Shown in pieces: positions 9,478-19,322 of a stretch of 64,000 bases of DNA; position 1 is the stretch's first letter, and every line of letters begins with the position of its first letter. The notes below the pieces were generated by a model. It was not told the origin of the DNA and searched no databases. It saw only the letters and a list, made by a program, of their open reading frames with translations. Made by a program: the position numbers and the translations under genes. The stretch is taken from the IMG/VR virus record IMGVR_UViG_3300020048_000044, positions 32,001-96,000 of that record. One strand, 5' to 3'. The DNA comes from a virus.

Positions 9478-9861
9478 ATGGAACAAGTAATAAATTTATC
9501 AGTTTACGCAGTAAGAAACAAGGAAGGTAAATTCTTTAAGTCTAAGGGTTCTTATGATATATATGTTAATTGGGTTGATGATATCAACAAGGCAAAGATA
9601 TTCATTAAGACTGGTGGTGCTAGAACATTAATGACTTGGTTTGCTGAAAAACATGGAATAGATAACTTGCCCGAACTATTAAAATTATCTGTTACTGGTA
9701 TTGAGGTAATGGATGAAGCAAGTCGAATTGAAAAAACCATTAAAAAGAAATCTGAGAGCCAAGCAAAACATCTTAAAACATTTGCTGAAATGCGTTTGAA
9801 AAATGCACAGCGTGATTTTGATAAAGCACAAGCAGAACTAAAAAAACTAAAAGGAGTGTAA
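9478..9861 (+). CDS. hypothetical protein
   Basis: ATG after promoter. Confidence 0.75.
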   Translation: MEQVINLSVYAVRNKEGKFFKSKGSYDIYVNWVDDINKAKIFIKTGGARTLMTWFAEKHGIDNLPELLKLSVTGIEVMDEASRIEKTIKKKSESQAKHLKTFAEMRLKNAQRDFDKAQAELKKLKGV

Positions 9862-9862
9862 T

Positions 9863-10051
9863 ATGTCTGATTTAAAATGTATTAATTGTAATAATCATGC
9901 AAGTCATGAATTTAAGTGTAACTTAGATGGTAGTAATACTTATGACCGAAAAGGTGATACAATCCAAGAGTGCTTCGTTTTGAGTGAACATTTAAAAAGT
10001 ATGGATAAGGCTATTGAGTTAACAGATAAACTCAATAATAAATTAAAATAA
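9863..10051 (+). CDS. hypothetical protein
   Basis: ORF track. Confidence 0.65.
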   Translation: MSDLKCINCNNHASHEFKCNLDGSNTYDRKGDTIQECFVLSEHLKSMDKAIELTDKLNNKLK

Positions 10052-10098
10052 ATTAAAATAAATTTGGAATTATCAATTTTTTGTTATACCTTTGTCTT

Positions 10099-11070
10099 AT
10101 GAATAAACAAGAACAAATATTAGCCAAAAAGCTTAAGCCAATCGAGATTGGTGATTTCGTTAAAGTAGAAATACCTTATACAACATACGAAACTGTTACT
10201 ACTGGCAAAGGCAAAAATAAACTAGTAACTCAAGTTCCTAAACCTAGCGTTTTTAGTGGTGGTTGCTATGTTCGTGATATCATTAATAGTGAAGAAGGGT
10301 TAATTTATCTTGTTGATACACAATCTATTAGAATACCTAATGAACTTTCATTAAAAAGAACATATGATAAACATGTTTCTTTATGTGAAGTAAAGGCTGA
10401 GTTTGTATCTCCGACTTATTTGGAATGCGGTGAAAATCCTTTCAAGAAAGAAAAATTTCGTGTTAGCTTTTATAATCAAGACATATCTTGTTTATTAGGA
10501 AAAGCTTGTTACGCTAAGCGTGATGAAAACTACATGGTTCCAAAATACAATGTTCACAATGGTCTTCCCGAAGCTGATTTAATGGGTAAAACCTATGATG
10601 GTGTTAACTTCAATCCTTATGTTACTGATGCCAATGGTGAAAAACAGTATTACCAACGTGATTTGGTATGGACACTTGAACAAAAGCGATTATTGATTGA
10701 TAGCATTTATAATGGTATTGAGATTGGTAAGTTCTTATTCAGATACAAGTCTTGGGAAGACATGGTAGAAGGAATGAGAGAGCAAGGTCATGGTTATTCA
10801 TGGGATTGTGTTGATGGCAAGCAACGTTTCTTTGCTATTTTAGAATTTGTCCAAGGCAAGTATAATGATTCTCATGGAAACAATTGGGAAGATTTATCGG
10901 CAAATGCTCAAAGACACTTTTTAGATTATAGTAATCTATCTTATGGTGAAATGGGTGAAAATGCTAAGGATTCAGATGTTGTGGAAACCTTTCTAACACT
11001 TAACTTCACTGGCACCCCAATGAGCAAAGAACACATCGAATTCGTTCAATCATTTAAAATGCAAAAATAA
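10099..11070 (+). CDS. DUF262 (ParB-like/GmrS) domain protein
   Basis: YQRDLVW..EQK..LIDSI....IG; VDGKQR. Confidence 0.8.
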   Translation: MNKQEQILAKKLKPIEIGDFVKVEIPYTTYETVTTGKGKNKLVTQVPKPSVFSGGCYVRDIINSEEGLIYLVDTQSIRIPNELSLKRTYDKHVSLCEVKAEFVSPTYLECGENPFKKEKFRVSFYNQDISCLLGKACYAKRDENYMVPKYNVHNGLPEADLMGKTYDGVNFNPYVTDANGEKQYYQRDLVWTLEQKRLLIDSIYNGIEIGKFLFRYKSWEDMVEGMREQGHGYSWDCVDGKQRFFAILEFVQGKYNDSHGNNWEDLSANAQRHFLDYSNLSYGEMGENAKDSDVVETFLTLNFTGTPMSKEHIEFVQSFKMQK

Positions 11071-11153
11071 TTGAAAATAAATTTGGAATTGTAGTTTTTT
11101 TATATTACCTTTGTCTTATCTAATTAACTAATTAATAATTTAAATTATAAAAC

Positions 11154-12215
11154 ATGGAATTCAAAACTAAAATTAAGAATTTAGGTGAACGTGTATTAAC
11201 CTTAAAAGACCAAGTACAAACTGAAGAAGCAACAAAAAATGCTTTTATAATGCCGTTCATTCAAGCATTAGGTTACGATGTTTTTAATCCAACCGAAGTT
11301 ATCCCCGAATTCACTGCCGACTTAGGTATCAAAAAAGGTGAAAAAATTGATTATTCCATTTTCAGAAATGGTGACCAAGTAATGTTGATTGAATGCAAAT
11401 CTTGCAATGAAAATCTAAACGTTCATGAAGGTCAATTGATGCGATATTTCCACGTATCGAAAGGTAGAATTGGCTTACTGACCAATGGTATCGTTTATCG
11501 TTTTTATTCTGACCTTGTTGATGCCAACAAAATGGATGAAAAACCATTCCTAGAGTTTAACATCACCGAAATTTCGGACAATCAAATTGATGAATTGTAT
11601 AAATTCCACAATTCAGTATTTGATATCGAAACAATACTTCGTAATGCCAGTGATTTAAAAATCATACATGAATTGAACTTATTGGTTAAAGCTGAGTTCA
11701 CAACACCTAGTGCTGAGTTTGTTAAGTATTTTGCTAAACAAATCTATACAAGCAATGTAACACCGAAAATCATCGACCAATTCACTAGTCTAGTTACTAG
11801 AGCAATTAAAAATCATACCAATGAAATCATTTCAATGAAATTGAAAAATGCTTTAAATGATGTTAGTATAGTTGAAAGTGTTATCGATGTTGATGTACCA
11901 ACCTCAGAGATTGATGCCGAAAATAAAATTGAAACTACCGTTGAAGAATTGGAGGCTTTCATGATTATCAAATCAATTCTAAGACAAAAGATTGATATCA
12001 AAAGACTTAGCTATCGTGATGCACAGAGTTACTTTGCGATTATTCTTGACGATAACAACAGAAAAACAGTCGCTAGGTTGTATTTCAATGGCAAAAAGAA
12101 ATATATTGCGTTTTTAGATGAATCTAAAAAAGAGCAAAAGATTGAAATTCAAAGTCTTGATGATATTTTCACTCACTCTGATTTATTTTTATCAAATGCT
12201 GAAAAAATAAATTAA
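11154..12215 (+). CDS. HsdR N-terminal (type I REase-like PD-(D/E)xK) domain protein
   Basis: TEEATKNAFIMPFIQALGYDVFNP.EV.PE...KKGEKIDY...IECK. Confidence 0.85.
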   Translation: MEFKTKIKNLGERVLTLKDQVQTEEATKNAFIMPFIQALGYDVFNPTEVIPEFTADLGIKKGEKIDYSIFRNGDQVMLIECKSCNENLNVHEGQLMRYFHVSKGRIGLLTNGIVYRFYSDLVDANKMDEKPFLEFNITEISDNQIDELYKFHNSVFDIETILRNASDLKIIHELNLLVKAEFTTPSAEFVKYFAKQIYTSNVTPKIIDQFTSLVTRAIKNHTNEIISMKLKNALNDVSIVESVIDVDVPTSEIDAENKIETTVEELEAFMIIKSILRQKIDIKRLSYRDAQSYFAIILDDNNRKTVARLYFNGKKKYIAFLDESKKEQKIEIQSLDDIFTHSDLFLSNAEKIN

Positions 12216-12269
12216 AAATAATTGAAAATAAATTTGGTAATGTCAAAAATAATCATTACCTTTGTAATA

Positions 12270-12695
12270 TCAAAAACATAGTATCAAAGCTTAAAGCATA
12301 TGTAAGGTTGAAGTCCTTACTTGATACTTAGTCCTAATGGGTTGCAAACCATGGGACGAGCCGTTGCAACGGTTAACTTGCTTGGACAAACGTTAAGTCG
12401 CCCATGTAGATTGGGAGGTGTGGAATCGGTAGCCACAGCAAGTACAAAGATAATGGTTTATAACGTATGCTGCCTTCGGGAGTATATTTTGGGTGTTAAT
12501 TCCCATTCACTTAATCTTAGTCTTATTGGTTCGAACCAATAAGACGAACATTTGCAAATGACCCGAAAGGGTAGCGGTATTAGTGTAATTGGAAGCACAT
12601 AGGTGTAGGTTTGTAAAGATGGTTCAAGCCCATCGTGTCTGTGGCGGTGACAACAATAATTCCCCCTAAAGTAAGGTTCGAGTCCTTGTACTGCA
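12270..12695 (+). ncRNA. large structured non-coding RNA candidate
   Basis: Own promoter (12257); GC-richer; GNRA/UUCG hairpins, four T-loop-like hairpins, multibranch stem ACTTGCT/AGCAAGT. Confidence 0.7.
12574..12695 (+). tRNA. tRNA-like element with ~61 nt in place of the anticodon loop
   Basis: acceptor GCGGTAT/GTACTGC, D-arm GTGT-AATTGGAA-GCAC, T-arm AAGG-TTCGAGT-CCTT. Confidence 0.6.
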
Positions 12696-12777
12696 CAAAT
12701 TAAAATAAATTTGGAATTGTAAAATATTGTTAGTACCTTTGTCTTATCGAATTATTAATAAACTAAAATAATTAATT

Positions 12778-13047
12778 ATGAAAGTTGTTAAAAAATTAAA
12801 TGCTACAATATCTGCAAAAGAACTTACATCAGATGTGCTTGAAAGACTAGATGGTATGGAATGTATGTCAAACAATGTGATAAACAATACAAACGACCAC
12901 GATATTAAATCTTTTGTCATTTACAGAATTAAAAGAATGTTAAATGACAAAGAGGATGATACAAACGAAACAACAAAAAATAGAATCGCTGAATTATATG
13001 AAGCAATTAAAGATTGTGAAATATTGACAATTCATTACGATTTATAA
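12778..13047 (+). CDS. hypothetical protein
   Basis: ORF after promoter. Confidence 0.75.
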   Translation: MKVVKKLNATISAKELTSDVLERLDGMECMSNNVINNTNDHDIKSFVIYRIKRMLNDKEDDTNETTKNRIAELYEAIKDCEILTIHYDL

Positions 13048-13049
13048 AA

Positions 13050-13292
13050 CATAAGGATAGAGGGTAATGCTGGCTATTAGGTTCATCTTGTCGGATGATA
13101 AAATATCTCGCCATCGGTTATCAAGTTCTCCCTCTACTCCTATGACATAATTAGAACTTGGTAGCTTATATGGGGGCTAGCACTGGATTACCCCTTGGCG
13201 ATTTAAAATGACTGACGCTTCGGAAATGACGAAGAGCAATTACAAACGGGTAGAGGGGGCAACTGATTTTTGGATTTTTCAGTTGTCCCTAA
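13050..13292 (+). ncRNA. structured intergenic RNA candidate
   Basis: ORF-free, GC-rich, several competing helices, 11-bp closing hairpin. Confidence 0.5.
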
Positions 13293-13321
13293 AACTCTTT
13301 AAAAACTAAAATTTTAACTAA

Positions 13322-13516
13322 ATGAATACACTTATAGTAACATTAATAATCATAATTTGGATTTTCATTGGTGGATTTATCTGCCATAAACGTAATTGGT
13401 ACAGAAATTTAAATGACGATAAAGAAATGAATATAGCTTTTAGTTTTATTCTTTCACCAATAGCTTTATTGGTAGCTATTTTCAGAGAAATGATATTAGA
13501 TGATTGGGATAACTAG
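13322..13516 (+). CDS. small membrane protein
   Basis: two TM segments. Confidence 0.7.
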   Translation: MNTLIVTLIIIIWIFIGGFICHKRNWYRNLNDDKEMNIAFSFILSPIALLVAIFREMILDDWDN

Positions 13517-13518
13517 TA

Positions 13519-13722
13519 ATGAAAAAAGAAACTCTTGCTATTTTAGATAAGGTTAAACGTGGCGAAATGACCATTGACCTTGCACAAAGACAACTATTTG
13601 TCTTATTCGATAAGGCTAAATCTGTTACATGTAAAGTGGATAAACTACCAAAAGACTGTTCAATAATTCAAAATACATCATTCAAAACTTGTGATGGTTG
13701 TGGTCATCATATAAAAAACTAA
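13519..13722 (+). CDS. hypothetical protein
   Basis: ORF track. Confidence 0.65.
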   Translation: MKKETLAILDKVKRGEMTIDLAQRQLFVLFDKAKSVTCKVDKLPKDCSIIQNTSFKTCDGCGHHIKN

Positions 13723-13726
13723 AAAT

Positions 13727-14059
13727 ATGAGCAAAGAAATTTTAATAGCGACTGTAGTTCCTTGTGGGTATTGCAGTGGTACTGGTAGAGTTGATTGGGA
13801 CAACTGTAAAGTATGTAATGGTACTGGACAAATATTGGGTGAACCATTATCCATTGACGAATTAAGGAAATACATCTATCCAGTAGAAGCATATAAAGTA
13901 GAACATAAAGAAACAATTGAATATAAAGAACCTAAGTGTAAGATATGTAATGACACTGGTTATTATCATTATGGTGGTTCATTCGGTGGCGGTGTAACAC
14001 AAGTTCCTTGTCATTGTCAAATACTTGGTGGATTTTTAAATATAAAAGAAGAAAAATAA
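13727..14059 (+). CDS. DnaJ-type zinc-finger protein
   Basis: CxxCxGxG repeats. Confidence 0.65.
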   Translation: MSKEILIATVVPCGYCSGTGRVDWDNCKVCNGTGQILGEPLSIDELRKYIYPVEAYKVEHKETIEYKEPKCKICNDTGYYHYGGSFGGGVTQVPCHCQILGGFLNIKEEK

Positions 14060-14061
14060 TT

Positions 14062-14337
14062 ATGGAAAGAAGAGAATGTACAGACGTAATAGCTAAAATG
14101 ATTGAGAAAATTCCATCAGATAAAGCTGAATTGATTAAAGATTTACAATGGAATTACGAAGATGCTAGCTATAAAGCACCCGAAGAAACGCTACAATGGG
14201 AAAGAACACATAGCACAATAATGAAGCATCTAGCTAATCCAGTTGAGGAATGGGAGTTTGAAGTGTTAAGTGTATTCACAACACATCCAGTTGAAAGATT
14301 AAAAGAATGGGTAGCGGAAGAAAATAAATCAAAATAA
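14062..14337 (+). CDS. hypothetical protein
   Basis: ATG at 14062. Confidence 0.7.
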   Translation: MERRECTDVIAKMIEKIPSDKAELIKDLQWNYEDASYKAPEETLQWERTHSTIMKHLANPVEEWEFEVLSVFTTHPVERLKEWVAEENKSK

Positions 14338-14401
14338 ATTTGGAATTGTCATTTTTATGTTATACCTTTGTATCATACTAATCAATTAATATTTTTAAAT
14401 C

Positions 14402-15271
14402 ATGAAAAATACAGACACAACAATTAAAAACATCGACTCGCAACTTGCTGATTTGGTAAGACTTTCGGAAAGCACTGCGGAAAAAATTCATAACCTACGT
14501 GTTTATAAACACAAATTGGAAACACCTAACGAAGGTGATTGGTTCATCGAAAATGATACCAATACTTATTATCAGTTTGTTAACTTTCCAGTTCCAAACG
14601 TAACTGTTGAATTGACACGAAAAGGTAATATTACTCGTTATGGTGTCAATTCATTCAAAAAGAATTTCAGACGTGCCAACGATTCTGAGGTAAAACAACA
14701 CTTAGAATTTCTAGCAAGTAGAGAACCAAAAAAACCAGTTGAAATGGGTAAATGGGTAATAGGTAAATGGACACCAGTTACCAACACATTTGATAATGTT
14801 AGCGTGAATAGTATCATCGTTAAAAAAGATGGTGGTAGACTATATAAAGTTACCAAAATTGAAAATGGTATCTTATTTTTGGATGGTATCACAAAAACTC
14901 GTGAAATATCTATTAAGGATTTAAACGAAAACTTTAAATTGGCTAGTTTTGAACAGTTTAGACAATATAAAAATTTGAAAGCTAGGCATAATGCTGAAAA
15001 AACGCTTGCTTCATGGAGACCCGAAGCTAACCAAGAACCACAAGTTAAACCATTTGATATCACCAAATGTGATTTCTATATGTTAACCATAAGAGGTGAA
15101 CATGGTTCAAAAGTAAGACATACTTCATACGAAATTGCAACAACAGAAGCCAAAAGACTTGCTAAACATGAACAACACCCAGTATATATCATGGGATTGG
15201 TAGCAGTTGCCGAATTAGAAGTAGAAATTTCAACAGTAAAAAAAGAAGTTATTAACATTAAATCTAAATAA
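14402..15271 (+). CDS. hypothetical protein with internally repeated small domain
   Basis: ORF after promoter; two similar modules ending F..A. Confidence 0.75.
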   Translation: MKNTDTTIKNIDSQLADLVRLSESTAEKIHNLRVYKHKLETPNEGDWFIENDTNTYYQFVNFPVPNVTVELTRKGNITRYGVNSFKKNFRRANDSEVKQHLEFLASREPKKPVEMGKWVIGKWTPVTNTFDNVSVNSIIVKKDGGRLYKVTKIENGILFLDGITKTREISIKDLNENFKLASFEQFRQYKNLKARHNAEKTLASWRPEANQEPQVKPFDITKCDFYMLTIRGEHGSKVRHTSYEIATTEAKRLAKHEQHPVYIMGLVAVAELEVEISTVKKEVINIKSK

Positions 15272-15273
15272 TC

Positions 15274-15927
15274 ATGAACTTAAATCAACACTCATTTCTT
15301 GCATCTTTTTACAGATACGCATATCAGACCGCTAACGTTCCAAAAGGATTCTGTGATTATTTTTGGAATCTAGTACTAGCATTCATTGCCCTACCACTTA
15401 TTTGGTTACCAATATTAATCAATGTGTTGGGCAAGAAGATTACCGTTTATGAATCAATGCAATATTGTGATGATATCGAAGATTTCAAGCTTGTTAAACG
15501 ATATAATGTATCATATAGCATAACTAAAAACTCCAACTCAATTTTATTCGCTATGGGGTTAATATTAATTGGTTTAATCACGTTGTCTGTCACACATTCA
15601 CAACTATTACTTGGTGATACCAAAGGATTGTCGGTATTGTTTAAGTTATACGGTATTGGTTCAGCTATAGTATTCGTTGGTATTTTAGTTTTTAGAATGT
15701 TATATATCTTAGTTATGTATGTATATGACGAAATGAAAGATAAGTTAGATGAAGCCGAATTAAGATTGAAACGTATTAAAAAGATTAGAAAACAAAGACT
15801 TAAAGATGAAAAATACTGGAAAAACTATGAATATAGACAACTACACCCTAGCTTTTTCAAATTAACTCTAATTGCATTCAAATCGAAAAAAGAGAAACAT
15901 TGCCCAAAAATTAATTGGGTTGACTAA
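15274..15927 (+). CDS. membrane protein
   Basis: three hydrophobic segments. Confidence 0.7.
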   Translation: MNLNQHSFLASFYRYAYQTANVPKGFCDYFWNLVLAFIALPLIWLPILINVLGKKITVYESMQYCDDIEDFKLVKRYNVSYSITKNSNSILFAMGLILIGLITLSVTHSQLLLGDTKGLSVLFKLYGIGSAIVFVGILVFRMLYILVMYVYDEMKDKLDEAELRLKRIKKIRKQRLKDEKYWKNYEYRQLHPSFFKLTLIAFKSKKEKHCPKINWVD

Positions 15928-16130
15928 TGAAAAAATTTAGACTTCCTAGAAAAATAAAAAAGAAACTGAAACGAAATTTCAGTTTCTTTTTTTATCCGCT
16001 TGATAAAACCAACAATTCATACCTTCTTGGATGTCCAACAGATTCCCAAAAAGAATATGACGATTATAAAAATGGTATTTTAAAACCATTAGAAGAAGTA
16101 ATAAAAGGTAGAAAAAATGAACAATCTTAA
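15927..16130 (+). CDS. hypothetical protein
   Basis: ORF track. Confidence 0.6.
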   Translation: MKKFRLPRKIKKKLKRNFSFFFYPLDKTNNSYLLGCPTDSQKEYDDYKNGILKPLEEVIKGRKNEQS

Positions 16131-16458
16131 ATCACTTGAAGAACAATACTGGCAACACTTATGCGATAAGATTCTTGTATCTAAAGAAGACTTAACACTT
16201 AATGAAGGTACACTAATAATTGAGTCGTATATTCTATTCAAAGACAAACTGGTTGATATTAAAACATTAGAGGATGAAGTGAAAAGACTATCACTTGAAT
16301 TGTCCAATCTAAAGGCAATGCAAGATGATAAGGATTATGATAATACTGATACCAGTAGCAATGATGTAGGTTGTCCATGTGAATTCCCATTGGAACAAAC
16401 CAAACCTTGGTGCCGTGGTTGTGAATATAAAAAAGAAGCTGAAAAAAATAGAAAATAA
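16117..16458 (+). CDS. hypothetical protein
   Basis: ORF track. Confidence 0.7.
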   Translation: MNNLKSLEEQYWQHLCDKILVSKEDLTLNEGTLIIESYILFKDKLVDIKTLEDEVKRLSLELSNLKAMQDDKDYDNTDTSSNDVGCPCEFPLEQTKPWCRGCEYKKEAEKNRK

Positions 16459-16509
16459 ATTTGGTATTCTAATTTATTAATTGTACCTTTGTAATCTAAA
16501 TTGAAAACT

Positions 16510-16956
16510 ATGAGAAACCTACTATTACTTTTATTTTTTATTCCTTGTCTTTCATTCGGACAATGGACGTATGGCGCATACAAAGATTTAAACACCAATG
16601 ACCCATATTCAGTAGCCACCAACAACAATCTGAGCGTAGAAAAACAATATACTTATCTTATTGTTACACTACATGATACAATAGCATTTACTAGCCGTAA
16701 TATCAAAATGATTATGACACCTACCGATTCAACGCTAGATGTTGTGAAGATTAAACGGTCATGCGTTGTTGATTCTAATGTATTATTCATTACGATGAAA
16801 CTTAGTTCAGAGAAATTCTATCAATCATTCAACGGTTCTAAAACACTATTGATACAAATACTAGATTCCAAAGGTTACTTTATAAAAGAATTCAATTTCG
16901 ATATGACCAACACTAGGGATGCTATCGGTTATCTGTTATCAACTAAACCTAAATAA
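16510..16956 (+). CDS. exported protein
   Basis: signal peptide ending SFG-Q. Confidence 0.7.
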   Translation: MRNLLLLLFFIPCLSFGQWTYGAYKDLNTNDPYSVATNNNLSVEKQYTYLIVTLHDTIAFTSRNIKMIMTPTDSTLDVVKIKRSCVVDSNVLFITMKLSSEKFYQSFNGSKTLLIQILDSKGYFIKEFNFDMTNTRDAIGYLLSTKPK

Positions 16957-16957
16957 C

Positions 16958-17164
16958 ATGCAACAGACTGATGCTGAATTACTTTCATTCTATTACCAAG
17001 GGTTTGAGGATGAATTAAATGGTTCTGAAAAGAAAACCTTTTTCAATACTTTAAACCAAAGAGCCTATGACTTAGGTTGTATCGATGCTATTGTTGGTGA
17101 AGATGTAAGGAGTGTTGATTATCAAACAGACGAAGAAATTTTAAAAAATATAAAAAATGGCTAA
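16958..17164 (+). CDS. hypothetical protein
   Basis: ATG at 16958. Confidence 0.65.
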   Translation: MQQTDAELLSFYYQGFEDELNGSEKKTFFNTLNQRAYDLGCIDAIVGEDVRSVDYQTDEEILKNIKNG

Positions 17165-18350
17165 GAAAAAAGTATGGTACGATTACGGTAATGAAATTTA
17201 CCATAAATATAAAGCAGTAATGCTTGATAAATTGGAAAATTGCGTTTATCGTTTATGTATCGATGAATATAAACAATTCTTTTTGGTTAAAGAAGTTGAT
17301 GAATACACGTTTCCGTATAAACTGTATAGCTTAGAATCTAAATTCATTGACCGTGTGATTAAATCTTATAGCGTAACCACTGGCAACATGGGTGTTCTGC
17401 TTAATGGATTGCGTGGAACTGGTAAAACCATTACAGCTAAAATAATCTGTAATACAATCAAACAACCAGTTATTATTATCAATTCTAAGATTGATGGTGC
17501 TAACGTATTTGTTAACTCTATTCCACAAGATATTACCGTATTCTTAGACGAATATGAGAAAATATTCGACAAGTCAACAGAAATGTTGACTATCATGGAT
17601 GGTTCATTAAATTCAGATTATCGTAGGTTATTCTTATTAACCACAAATAACTTGAATGTTGATGAAAATCTTATCCAACGTCCAAGTCGTATCAGATACC
17701 TTAAGAAATTCGAGGATTTAAACGTTGATGTTATTGAAGAAATCGTTGATGACTTGCTTATCAATAAGGACTTCAAGAAGGACTGTATCAAGTTTATCTC
17801 TAGCTTACAAATGATTACAGTCGATGTAGTTAAGGCTGTATTGAATGAGGTGAATATACACAACGAAAGTCCAAATGAATTTGGTGATGTATTCAATGTT
17901 AAAAAATTGAATGGCAAGTTCAACCTATCAATTCAATTGGCAAATGGAACATTTGTTCCGTTTATGAAAAATGTTGTTCTTGATGAAAGACCACCATACG
18001 ATGAAAAAGGAATTGGTTGGTGGTTTGAAGTGGATAACATATACTTAGCTAAAATAAGCAAGGTTATCAACAGAAATACAATTGAGTTAACACCTAATAA
18101 GGATAAAAACTCTTGTAAGATACTATCTAAACCAACAATCATTGTTGTTAGTGAAGCAGAAGAAACTCATTATAGCTATGCTTACGGTTATGGCAATGCT
18201 ACTAAATTCGGTATCGGACTTGAAGAACCAACAATGGGACTGGTTCAAGAAAATGAAATCGAAGCTATCTTGAAAAGACTTGAAGAAGAAAAATTGGGTA
18301 TTGATGAAGATGATGATGATGATGAACTTACAGAAGCGTCTCCAAAATAA
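17157..18350 (+). CDS. AAA+ ATPase
   Basis: Walker A GLRGTGKT, Walker B VFLDEYEK, LTTN, RPSR. Confidence 0.9.
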   Translation: MAKKKVWYDYGNEIYHKYKAVMLDKLENCVYRLCIDEYKQFFLVKEVDEYTFPYKLYSLESKFIDRVIKSYSVTTGNMGVLLNGLRGTGKTITAKIICNTIKQPVIIINSKIDGANVFVNSIPQDITVFLDEYEKIFDKSTEMLTIMDGSLNSDYRRLFLLTTNNLNVDENLIQRPSRIRYLKKFEDLNVDVIEEIVDDLLINKDFKKDCIKFISSLQMITVDVVKAVLNEVNIHNESPNEFGDVFNVKKLNGKFNLSIQLANGTFVPFMKNVVLDERPPYDEKGIGWWFEVDNIYLAKISKVINRNTIELTPNKDKNSCKILSKPTIIVVSEAEETHYSYAYGYGNATKFGIGLEEPTMGLVQENEIEAILKRLEEEKLGIDEDDDDDELTEASPK

Positions 18351-18462
18351 TTAGTTATGACAGATATAGAAAAAATAGAAAAACGATTACTCAAAGCATT
18401 TGAGAAAGAAACACCCGAAATGTTTGAAAACTTAGGTGATATTTTTGACTAAAAAAAACGAT

Positions 18463-19062
18463 ATGGAAACTGCAAAACAATTTATTGATAGAAAACAGCA
18501 AAAACATTTTGAAGGGTTAGGTGTCTACGCAGATACCAATAGCAAGATTGCTGAATGGATGGATGAATACGCTATCCAATTAACTAGACAAATTAATATG
18601 GACGATACTAAATCACACCTTTTAAAGCAATTTGGTGATGATTACTTCATCGTTCATAAAGAAAGAATAGTAGTGGGTGATTATGTATTTTCAGAGCCTA
18701 AAATGAGCCAAAAATCGGTTTCATTATGCGAAACTGAAAAGATGGGTAACTTGTGTAGCATTGTATCAAATAACTGGAAAATAATAGCTTCGACACTTCC
18801 TTTAGAGGGTGTTCAAAGGCTAGAAAAAATCCTAATCGAAGAATGGATTGATAGGCAACCTTGGTATAACTGTTTATATAGCAAAGACCAATTAGACCAT
18901 GCATATAAGACTGGTCATAGAAATGGACTTGCTTGTAGAACCGAATTTAGAAGGACAAGCAAATTCAATGTCATTTCTTTTGAACAATACTACGAAAAAC
19001 AATATCCACAAGATACTTGGGAATTGGACGAATATGACTTAAAACTTATTGAAACTGAGTAA
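18463..19062 (+). CDS. hypothetical protein
   Basis: ORF track. Confidence 0.7.
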   Translation: METAKQFIDRKQQKHFEGLGVYADTNSKIAEWMDEYAIQLTRQINMDDTKSHLLKQFGDDYFIVHKERIVVGDYVFSEPKMSQKSVSLCETEKMGNLCSIVSNNWKIIASTLPLEGVQRLEKILIEEWIDRQPWYNCLYSKDQLDHAYKTGHRNGLACRTEFRRTSKFNVISFEQYYEKQYPQDTWELDEYDLKLIETE

Positions 19063-19322
19063 TGTCCAATATTTATAGGACTCTTCAATTAGGTACATGC
19101 TCAGCTGTTGAAAAATATATTGCAGATACAACAGCTAAAAGTGTTAGATTTATCCAAAGTGATAATAAGTTTAACGTTATATGGTCATTGGGTGATGTAT
19201 TACATACTAGAACAATACGTGGTAAAGCAATCTACGCAATAGATGATGCCGAATTATTTGATGCTATTGAAGAAATATTAAATACTACAAACGAATACTT
19301 TAAAAATAAAGAAAATGAGTGA
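19062..19322 (+). CDS. hypothetical protein, paralog of 23715-23981
   Basis: shared VIWSLGD.LH...LNTTNEY. Confidence 0.75.
   Translation: MSNIYRTLQLGTCSAVEKYIADTTAKSVRFIQSDNKFNVIWSLGDVLHTRTIRGKAIYAIDDAELFDAIEEILNTTNEYFKNKENE

Noticed and set aside
12357-12376. GAGCCGTTGCAACGGTT as group II intron domain V
   Set aside because: Too short, lacks the catalytic bulge, and no other intron domains or reverse transcriptase.
12321-12542. 73-aa TTG-start ORF
   Set aside because: Lies in the structured RNA, has atypical composition, and its TTG start has no typical A-rich leader.
18301-18325. GAT trinucleotide repeats (also 432-447)
   Set aside because: These encode poly-Asp tracts in acidic proteins; not an independent element.
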